Below the pieces are notes generated by a model, which saw nothing but the letters and a program-made list of their open reading frames with translations, had not been told where the DNA came from and did not search any database. DNA of 16,009 bases from a bacterium (lineage in GTDB: Bacteria > SZUA-182 > DTGQ01), in the NCBI GenBank assembly GCA_040752695.1, contig JBFMGO010000128.1, positions 1-16,009 of the forward strand, in the 5' to 3' direction. The position numbers and the translations under genes were made by a program. How positions within the stretch are numbered: position 1 is the first letter of the stretch; the number at the start of each line of letters is the position of its first letter. Positions 8,009 through 14,968 of the stretch are shown in pieces.

Positions 8009-10272
8009 CGTGCCTTCCTCATCCGGGTAACAACCGCCAGACTGGCTGATTTGACCAGAGCTGCTGAAAGGAGCACACCCGAAATGCCGAATTGGGGGAG
8101 CAAAAATAAACTGGTCAGCAGGGTCCCGCAGGACGCGCCAGCCAGATCGGCCAGATAAAGCCCTCCCGTGATCCTGCCCGCCTGCCCGGCAAACTGGTGG
8201 GAGATGGCAACAAACTGCCAGCCCACAGCCAGGCCGGAGCCAAAGATGAGAAAAGGAATAATTCCGCACTGAATTATGGACAGGAAGGCTTCTGCATGAA
8301 ACCTTCTGCTGAAAACAGCAAGCCCCAAAACGAGGCAGGCCAGAAGGATGAGCATAACATCCTGAAAACCGGTTTGTCTGAGCGGGTCTTGTCTCCACTT
8401 TCGGGCAGCCAGGGCACCTGCTCCTAATCCTATCATAAAGAGCGTAACAAATAAAGAGATCCATAAGTAAACATAGCCAAAAATGATCTGGAAAAGGAGA
8501 AGCAGGGACAATTCCAGACACATTCCTGCATAACCGGAGGAGAACGTAACCAGAAGCAGGCTGTCTTGCCTGCAGGCTAAAAAGGCAAAAAGAGCGGCCA
8601 GTACGATCACCACGGCCAGTACCATCCAGCCCATACCCCCCGATTTTTTCAGCCACAGGTTCAAAAGATGCCGAAAAGCGAGGGGTGAAAGATCGGTATT
8701 GGGCAAAGCATCCTTTTCAGCCACCAGGCTCCCGATACGATCCATCCGAAAGGAATCTGTCATCTCGGACAACTGGTAGTCGGTAAGCCAGCGGGTCCTG
8801 ATGTCGAGCTCCGCCAGTTTTTTCCTTATTTCAAGACCTGGATTGTGCTCCTTGCCCAAAAGTGGCTTTCGGCTGGCAAGGAAATAGTGAGTTTCACCTG
8901 GGAAAAGAATGACATGGGGAAATACCTGGGTCAGTGCCGCATAAACGGACCGGTTTAAGCCCAGCCCCTCGGACTCGAGGTAGTTATCCGCACCGGTCAG
9001 GGTAAAAAATAATACCCCTTGAGGATTGAGGATATCGCGGGCTTCCTGGAAAAACTCCCGCGTATAGAAGCGATTGAGCTGGATGTTTTCCGGATCAGGG
9101 AGGTTGAGAATAAGACAATCGTAGTGAATGCGCTTTTGCCGCGCTTTTTTCATAAAGAGTCTGCCGTCACCCACATGGGTATGAACACAAGGGGCGTCCA
9201 GAGCCGTGCAGATCTTCTTTCCTAGGGACAGGATGGCAGGATCCAGCTCTACATAGTCGATCCAGTTCGGCTTATGCCTGAGGATTTCCGAAAGGGTGCC
9301 GAACACTCCGCCACTGATCAGGAGCACTCTGGCTCCGGCACCAACCTGCACCAAAGGGATATGACCAAGGGCCTCGGCCCGGTAATCACCGGTGGAAAAA
9401 AGGGGAATGCCGTCCGAGAGGACGTTTATCTGCTTGCCGCTGCGGGTTATGGCCAACTGGGCAAAGGGGGTATTCTTATGGAAGAGGATCTTCTGCCCAG
9501 GCGTCCGAAAGGTGAGGGTTGCCATATTGAGCGGGGCACTGAAGCAGATGAAAAGAGCTAATAGGACCGGCACCGGCCATAAGCATGGCGAGGAAAGCAG
9601 CACCGCCACCATGAGGTGAACCGAGCCAAGAGCTATCAGCACTCCCCAATGGGAGAAAAGGTATACGAAAAGGAAGCTGAACAAAACCCCTCCCAGAACC
9701 TCACCCCATAAATCAATGATGTATACGGTGGAGGGGGTATCCCGGCATAAGCTGTCGTGGAACGGGTTGTCCCTGAATGAGCTGTTGCAGGCTGCGCTGT
9801 CATGAAACAGCGCAGTGTGACCCTTATTGTGGCCGCCATTGTAGCGGTCTGGGGACAAAAGACTGGCTGCTGCGGGAATCATGGCTCCTGAGATGAGACC
9901 GTAGGGAAACAGGATCAGACTGCTGCCGATTAGTGCCGAGCCGATTCCCGGTAATTCACCTCTGATCCACAAAAGCGGCAGCACTCTGAAACCCGCAAGC
10001 TGCAGGAAGGGAATGACAGCCAGGAGCAGATGGCCGCAGAACAGCAGGCGACCGGCTTTTTCCCTCCCGACCAAGAAGACTCCCAAGGATGCACCGGAAG
10101 CCGTGGACAAAAGCCAGATGCCCAGAATAAGGCCGATTATCAGTTCGTTGCCGCCGAAAGTGGTAATACCCTCTCTGATGAGAATTACTTGAGTCACTAC
10201 GCAGGAGAACCCAACCGCGGCCAGAGATGTAATGATCTTGGGGGTTTTGGGTACGGGCATGGTATTGTTCAC
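8005..10272 (-). CDS. Polytopic membrane protein with a central spermidine-synthase-like (class I SAM-binding) domain (fused MFS-like/spermidine synthase type)
   Basis: Multiple hydrophobic segments at both termini (QVILIRE...GNELIIGLILGIWL...GASLG; LELSLLLLFQIIFGYVY; LYLADLAGASCG). Central VLLISGG, YVELDP, GDGRLF, YDCLILNLPDP, NRFYTREFF and LNPQGV. Start is GTG 10272 or ATG 10260. Confidence 0.85.
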   Translation of the reverse strand: MNNTMPVPKTPKIITSLAAVGFSCVVTQVILIREGITTFGGNELIIGLILGIWLLSTASGASLGVFLVGREKAGRLLFCGHLLLAVIPFLQLAGFRVLPLLWIRGELPGIGSALIGSSLILFPYGLISGAMIPAAASLLSPDRYNGGHNKGHTALFHDSAACNSSFRDNPFHDSLCRDTPSTVYIIDLWGEVLGGVLFSFLFVYLFSHWGVLIALGSVHLMVAVLLSSPCLWPVPVLLALFICFSAPLNMATLTFRTPGQKILFHKNTPFAQLAITRSGKQINVLSDGIPLFSTGDYRAEALGHIPLVQVGAGARVLLISGGVFGTLSEILRHKPNWIDYVELDPAILSLGKKICTALDAPCVHTHVGDGRLFMKKARQKRIHYDCLILNLPDPENIQLNRFYTREFFQEARDILNPQGVLFFTLTGADNYLESEGLGLNRSVYAALTQVFPHVILFPGETHYFLASRKPLLGKEHNPGLEIRKKLAELDIRTRWLTDYQLSEMTDSFRMDRIGSLVAEKDALPNTDLSPLAFRHLLNLWLKKSGGMGWMVLAVVIVLAALFAFLACRQDSLLLVTFSSGYAGMCLELSLLLLFQIIFGYVYLWISLFVTLFMIGLGAGALAARKWRQDPLRQTGFQDVMLILLACLVLGLAVFSRRFHAEAFLSIIQCGIIPFLIFGSGLAVGWQFVAISHQFAGQAGRITGGLYLADLAGASCGTLLTSLFLLPQFGISGVLLSAALVKSASLAVVTRMRKAR

Positions 10273-10368
10273 CTGCTGATGGTTATTGTGCGTTAGAGCT
10301 GCTTGTAACGTAAGGATATGGCCGGATTTTAACCTTCCCTGAGCGAAAATACAAGGCCTTTCAAGGTA

Positions 10369-10407
10369 GGGATCTATTATTTATTGGGATCTATTATTTA
10401 TTGGGAT
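10369..10407. repeat. 17-bp direct tandem duplication overlapping the stop of the DUF2723 gene
   Basis: GGGATCTATTATTTATT at 10369-10385 and 10386-10402, then GGGAT. Confidence 0.9.
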
Positions 10408-11942
10408 GGTAAAACCTGATAAAGAATTCCCTGCCTTTTAATCCGAAATTTCTTTAAAATCCATTCGGGGCTGTAATCCGGATGATCGGAAGTCAAGTAG
10501 AGCTTGTGCCCCTTCATGATGTAGAGGATATTTACGGAAGTCACCTCGATGCAGGCTGGAAAATCTCCCTGGACGCTTGGCAGGCCAGCAATGAACAGCT
10601 CCTTGCCGATAGCTTCGACATTTTGAAAATAAAGCAGAGTATTGATAATAGTATAATCCGGGAAAATTACCGAGCCTTCCTCCGCCTGCTCAAATACGTG
10701 CAGTGCGTACTTTCGTGCCCCGTAATAATTTCTTTTCGAGGGATTTAAGAAATACTGATAAGAATTCCGGTAAGGTATCTCGCGCTTCACTCCTATATTT
10801 ACTTTATACTTTTCTAAAAGAGCAGGTATTTTCTGAAAAATAAAAACAGGAGAGATGGCAGAAAGAAACAGCATAACCAGGATGCTTCGGCTCCATCCCT
10901 TATTACTCATGCGGCTTACCCTGTCAATGCCAAGGCCGGTGAGCATGGCCACGAAAATATACACGGGGAGGTAAAATACATACTGGTCCGCTACGGTATA
11001 GCGAAAAGCAAAGATAAAATAAATCAGAAATATCCCGGTAAAGAGAAGACGATAGTGCCAATTTCGTTCTTTCCAGAAATTCCCTGCTCCTGGAACTACA
11101 AAAAAGATGTGAAAAACCGGAAAATTTATTCCCAAAAACAGGATGAGATTTTTAAAATTCCTCCAGCAAAAGATGTGAGTATTGAAAACGTCATTCTTCC
11201 AGGCATTACTCCCGATGAGAGCCGATTTTAAGGTTAAAAAAAAGCTCCGGGTTTGAAAATATTCTCGGGCTATCAAAACCTCGTAGGGCAAAGCTCCCAG
11301 AACGGTCAAAGAGCACAGGATGAGGAAATCCCGGCCAGTGATTTTCCTGCCGCGTAACAGGATGGCAGAGTATGAAAAGTAAACAATCATGCTTAATAGG
11401 GCCATCAGGTGGTTACTGAGGTTAAGACCATTGACCCAGAATAACCAAAACAGATATTTTTTTTGCCCGGTCTTCAAAAATCGGGTCAAAAGGATCATTT
11501 CCGCCAGAAATAAAAAGGTATACAGTGTGTAAACCTCAGCAATGACTGAATTGGTCCAAAAGGTATGGCTGACCATCAGGGTCAGACAGGCCAGGATGGC
11601 ACCTGGCCAGTTGACTTCCCACAAACGGAGCAAAAGAAAAAGGCTGCCGATCGTCAAGGCTCCGAATATCGCGGAAATAAGATTGGCAGTATAGGCCGGA
11701 TTATGGAAAGGAAGAAGGCTGAAGAGCCTCCCTATCAGGATATACAGAGGATGGCTGAGGGCTAATCCCAGAGCCCCGACATAGTCGCTCAAATAAATTC
11801 GCAGTTGAAATATCGGGCTGTCATTCCACAGTGCATCGGGAGCTAATGTGTATACATAAAACGCTAAGGAGACGAAAGTAATAAAAAAAGAGCTCTTCCA
11901 ATAGGTTTTCTTGTCAACGGTTACACCCGTACTGGGACTCAA
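10398..11942 (-). CDS. DUF2723/TMEM260-like multi-pass membrane glycosyltransferase (GT-C fold, putative protein O-glycosyltransferase)
   Basis: Y..TLAP...W.DS, HPLYILIGRLF, N.ISA..GALT, FW..S..AEVYTL and GL.LSNH motifs match the DUF2723/TMEM260 N-terminus. Many TM segments. TTG start with AAGGAGG upstream. Confidence 0.8.
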   Translation of the reverse strand: MSPSTGVTVDKKTYWKSSFFITFVSLAFYVYTLAPDALWNDSPIFQLRIYLSDYVGALGLALSHPLYILIGRLFSLLPFHNPAYTANLISAIFGALTIGSLFLLLRLWEVNWPGAILACLTLMVSHTFWTNSVIAEVYTLYTFLFLAEMILLTRFLKTGQKKYLFWLFWVNGLNLSNHLMALLSMIVYFSYSAILLRGRKITGRDFLILCSLTVLGALPYEVLIAREYFQTRSFFLTLKSALIGSNAWKNDVFNTHIFCWRNFKNLILFLGINFPVFHIFFVVPGAGNFWKERNWHYRLLFTGIFLIYFIFAFRYTVADQYVFYLPVYIFVAMLTGLGIDRVSRMSNKGWSRSILVMLFLSAISPVFIFQKIPALLEKYKVNIGVKREIPYRNSYQYFLNPSKRNYYGARKYALHVFEQAEEGSVIFPDYTIINTLLYFQNVEAIGKELFIAGLPSVQGDFPACIEVTSVNILYIMKGHKLYLTSDHPDYSPEWILKKFRIKRQGILYQVLPSQ

Positions 11943-12035
11943 CCTCTTTAAACCCTCCTTGAAAAACAGCGCAGTTTTCCCAGAGTTTTCTATCCACGGC
12001 CTCTATATAACAGCAGATTGGTAATATAGATGGAT

Positions 12036-12065
12036 ACTATAAGTTTACTGGAACTGTCGATGCAA
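12036..12065 (-). promoter_or_regulatory. Possible sigma-70-type promoter for the DUF2723 gene and downstream genes
   Basis: Minus strand TTGCAT-N18-TATAGT with an AT-rich tract upstream, about 95 nt before the start codon. Motif match only. Confidence 0.35.
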
Positions 12066-12209
12066 AACAAATTTTTTTGTTGTGGGTGAATGAAATGCTT
12101 TTCTTGGCCTCATCCGTTTTGGTGACAATATAACTATGAGGACAATGTAAGGAGATTGGATGAAAAAATGAGGAATAACGGTTGAAGGACAATTTTATTG
12201 GAAGAGGGG

Positions 12210-12255
12210 AAAAATGATCGGGTGGGTGATTTGGGGTTATTCAAACCACCCACCC
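12210..12255 (-). terminator. Terminator-like hairpin ending the micropeptide transcript
   Basis: Minus strand GGGTGGGTGGTTTG-AATAACCC-CAAATCACCCACCC forms a 14-bp stem. The single non-Watson-Crick pair is G-U only on the minus-strand RNA. It is followed by GATCATTTTT. Confidence 0.7.
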
Positions 12256-12314
12256 AGACTACGTGAGATGATTGCTCCATTGTTTTTCCCCGTCTTTTTG
12301 AGGGTATGGTTTTC

Positions 12315-12386
12315 CTATTTAATGCCTTTGCGGGCTGACATAAGAAAGTAAAACAACGTTCCGAAAGCTCCGAAAAAGATACCCAT
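12315..12386 (-). CDS. Unannotated 23-aa hydrophobic micropeptide MGIFFGAFGTLFYFLMSARKGIK
   Basis: Extended Shine-Dalgarno AAAGGAGGTGA 5 nt before ATG, consensus sigma-54 promoter upstream and hairpin downstream. Below the ORF-track size cut-off. Confidence 0.7.
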   Translation of the reverse strand: MGIFFGAFGTLFYFLMSARKGIK

Positions 12387-12441
12387 GAAATTCACCTCCT
12401 TTACTGATAAAATTGATTAGTGACTTCAGGTATTATAAGAA

Positions 12442-12457
12442 TGCAACTGGTGTGCCA
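12442..12457 (-). promoter_or_regulatory. Sigma-54 (-24/-12) promoter
   Basis: Minus strand TGGCAC-ACCAG-TTGCA matches the consensus TGGCAC-N5-TTGCW with exact spacing. Predicted TSS is near 12431. Confidence 0.85.
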
Positions 12458-12486
12458 ATCTTTAAGATTTTAAAAGAGGCAATATT

Positions 12487-12499
12487 TTTCAAATGGTTA
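12487..12499. promoter_or_regulatory. Putative IHF binding site between the sigma-54 promoter and enhancer region
   Basis: TTTCAAATGGTTA versus WATCAANNNNTTR (one mismatch), with an adjacent AT-rich tract, at the position expected for sigma-54 promoters. Confidence 0.45.
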
Positions 12500-12733
12500 A
12501 CAATAGTAATTCCTCATGTGCTCTCTGAACGGGTCCTTTGTTTTTTGCGTTTTTGCAAGAATGATGAGATTGTTTATTGCAATATCGCCATTCTTTGTCA
12601 TTTTGCAACACCAATGAGCAAAATTGTCAGGTGCCAATCTCATCACGGGGTACGGAAACACAGAAATCGGTGTTGACACTAAAATTAAAGTCAGTAGAAG
12701 GGATTATGCACGGTGAAAGTCATTGATTCTGGG

Positions 12734-13600
12734 CTACGATGCTTTTTGAAGAAGATTCGTTTTATCTTTCTTTGAAAGAAGATTCGCCTTATCTTTCTTT
12801 GAAAGAAGTTCAAAGGTAAACATCCAGGCCATTAATCTAATCAATGGTACTTTTGTCAAGATTGAATCTAAGATATTTAAAAATGGTAACATGCCTGGGA
12901 TAAAGGCTCCAGCGATACTTGTAATGTGCCAATATCTTATTTCACCTAAATCAAAAAAATGTTTGGCAAAATGTACATCCTTTAAGCTTAAAATGTGATC
13001 TTTTTCCCATTCTGTTCTGGCGGAGGGTGTTAATATGCGGTACAGCTTCAGGATGAAGTTATAGTTCAGGGCTTCTATCGCAAGAATTCTTCCCCCGGGC
13101 GCAAGTATTCGTCTGAGTTCAGAGAGGGCATATGATAAATCCAGATGATGCAGCATACCTGAGCATATAACAGTATCTATACAATCATCCGGCAGATTCG
13201 TATCTTCAGCGTCACCTTGAAGGAAGACTAAATTAGTCAGCCCGAGCTTTTTGGCTTTTTCCTGAGCCCTTTGTATGGTATTGCGGCTTATGTCGATTCC
13301 AATGGCAATTCTGGCTCCTGCTTGAGCAGCTCTTATCGCGTTTCCTCCTTCTCCACACGCATAGTCCAGGAATACTTTATCTTTACTATGTTCAGCAATC
13401 CAATCCTCCATATATTCTGTTGATTTATTTATTGTTTCATAGAATTTGCCTTTCTCCCCCCATATGGCTGCCTGTTTTTCTGAGCTCCAATCGAAGAACT
13501 CAGATTCCTTCCGTTTTCTGTCCTCGAGGTTATTCATCCACTCTTCAGTGGGAATCTTGCTCAGTTTTTTCAATTGTGCCATCAATTCATTTGTATTCAT
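12734..13600 (-). CDS. Class I SAM-dependent methyltransferase (Methyltransf_11/UbiE-like)
   Basis: FLDYACGEG, IGIDIS, GDAEDTNLPDDCIDTVICSGMLHHL and LRRILAPGG. Start ATG 13600 preferred because AAGGAG lies upstream; it overlaps the GT4 3' end. Confidence 0.88.
   Translation of the reverse strand: MNTNELMAQLKKLSKIPTEEWMNNLEDRKRKESEFFDWSSEKQAAIWGEKGKFYETINKSTEYMEDWIAEHSKDKVFLDYACGEGGNAIRAAQAGARIAIGIDISRNTIQRAQEKAKKLGLTNLVFLQGDAEDTNLPDDCIDTVICSGMLHHLDLSYALSELRRILAPGGRILAIEALNYNFILKLYRILTPSARTEWEKDHILSLKDVHFAKHFFDLGEIRYWHITSIAGAFIPGMLPFLNILDSILTKVPLIRLMAWMFTFELLSKKDKANLLSKKDKTNLLQKAS
12749..12808. repeat. 27-bp in-frame tandem duplication at the methyltransferase C-terminus (LLSKKDKAN/LLSKKDKTN)
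   Basis: AAGAAGATTCGTTTTATCTTTCTTTGA followed by AAGAAGATTCGCCTTATCTTTCTTTGA, then AAGAAG. Confidence 0.9.
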
Positions 13601-14864
13601 AGGTCTTTTCTCCTTCATGATCATCTTTCTTCCGGCCCATGTGAAGGTAGATATGAAGTAATTCCCTGCTCAAAGCTTCAGGAGAGTAGTGAGAGTCATA
13701 ATATCCTCTGGCCGCCTTTCCCATTTCCTTTATTGTCTCTCGATGCTCCACGAGGGAACGGATTTTTTCTTCCAGCGCCAGCGAGTCTTTTGGCCGGACG
13801 ACAAAGCCGGTTTTCCCATCCTCAATCAGTTCGGGGATACCCCCCACTCTGGTCCCGATGACAGGTCTTGAATGAAAATAGGCTATAGAGATGACACCGG
13901 TCTGGGAAGCTCCCGTATAAGGGAGGACAACAACATCCGAGGCGGTAAAGATCGTGCTCACCTCAGCATTACTGATATAGCGGTTGATCAGAACGAGGTT
14001 ATCCCTGATGGAGGAACAGTCGCAATAGATCTGTCCCTCCCCTGCCAGAATAAGCTGTACCTCGCTGCCGGATCTGAGCAGCCGGTCCGCTGCCTGAATC
14101 AGATACTCCACTCCTTTGTATGACCGGATACGGCCGAAAAAGAGGATCTTGACAGTATTCCTTTTCAGGCCATCCAACTCCGGCGGCCAGCAGGGAGGAG
14201 TCCCTGCGGGAGTTTTATGGTCTGTAAAATCCTCCACGACATTCGACACCATATGGGTTGAGAAAATTCGTGACTGAGGGATATTAAACGTGGCGCTCGC
14301 CTCAGGGATATGAGACCGTGCATTGACATGGAAATAAGGGATACGTTTTAAGCATGTCTTTCTAATAAGATGATAAATCCTGTTATTGATCCTCTTCAAA
14401 GGTGGAATATTCGCTTCATGATGCGGTGAAGGGTCATGGATAGTCAGGATCTTGGCCTTAATATCCGGATTGAAGAAAGCCGCTGTCAGGACCTCGATAA
14501 CACTGCCTGTCGTATAGTGAACGATATCAGGATTTATCTTTTTGATGAGACGGGCACAGCGAAAGTGATACAAGGGATTGTATACATAGAAGAGTAATCT
14601 GCGAATCTTTTTGCCAAGATCGGTCTCATATTCCGTGAAGAGCACCTTGACCCTGCCGGAGGTAAAAAGCGATGCCTGGTACATTTTTTCCGTCTCCGGA
14701 GACCTGAGGGTAATAAAATAAATATCCAGGTCCAGAGAGGCCAGTTCCAGTGCCCTGAGTAACGCATAGGGTATTTGGGCTAAACCACCCCAGGCCTCCA
14801 TTCCCAGGAGGCAGATTCTCTTTCGATTGTTGCCAAAGGCTCCTGATTCTTTCTGCATAGGCAT
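13587..14864 (-). CDS. Glycosyltransferase family 4 (GT-B fold)
   Basis: GG...Y near the N-terminus, PDIVH, TIHD, ILFFGRIRSYKGVEYLIQA, SDVVVLPYTGASQTGV, PVIGTRVGGIPELIEDGKTGFVV. Confidence 0.92.
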   Translation of the reverse strand: MPMQKESGAFGNNRKRICLLGMEAWGGLAQIPYALLRALELASLDLDIYFITLRSPETEKMYQASLFTSGRVKVLFTEYETDLGKKIRRLLFYVYNPLYHFRCARLIKKINPDIVHYTTGSVIEVLTAAFFNPDIKAKILTIHDPSPHHEANIPPLKRINNRIYHLIRKTCLKRIPYFHVNARSHIPEASATFNIPQSRIFSTHMVSNVVEDFTDHKTPAGTPPCWPPELDGLKRNTVKILFFGRIRSYKGVEYLIQAADRLLRSGSEVQLILAGEGQIYCDCSSIRDNLVLINRYISNAEVSTIFTASDVVVLPYTGASQTGVISIAYFHSRPVIGTRVGGIPELIEDGKTGFVVRPKDSLALEEKIRSLVEHRETIKEMGKAARGYYDSHYSPEALSRELLHIYLHMGRKKDDHEGEKTYEYK

Positions 14865-14968
14865 CTGATTTTCTGTATACTTCCTGCATAGACATCGATT
14901 TTTCGGCAGTCATCTGAGCTTGACCACCGCATCCGCAATTGCTGTCGTATCCTGAACCTCTGCGTCAG

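Noticed and set aside
8009..8656. N-terminal 216-aa extension of the 619-aa ORF 6797..8656
   Set aside because: It is an off-frame overlap with the membrane-protein gene. The ATGA-coupled start at 8008 with an RBS gives a coherent Tat-signal protein.
3055..10296. Long + strand ORFs such as 4017..4616, 5751..6305 and 7061..7813
   Set aside because: They are antisense to well-supported genes and have no recognisable motifs.
12134..12280. 48-codon minus-strand ORF (MEQSSHVVWVGG...) after the micropeptide
   Set aside because: It has a weak RBS, runs through the terminator-like hairpin and has no recognisable features.
12315..12386. Phe-rich micropeptide as a pheL-type attenuation leader
   Set aside because: Downstream genes are unrelated to Phe metabolism, no antiterminator was found, and the next gene is about 370 nt away with its own possible promoter.
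12620..12640. Second TGGCAC on the minus strand (AGATTGGCAC is repeated from the real promoter)
   Set aside because: The -12 element is not at the required spacing (TGGCAC-CTGAC-AATT), so it is not a canonical sigma-54 promoter.
12413..12679. ORF-track ORFs 12413..12676 (+) and 12497..12679 (-)
   Set aside because: They have no RBS or motifs and overlie the sigma-54 promoter and enhancer region.
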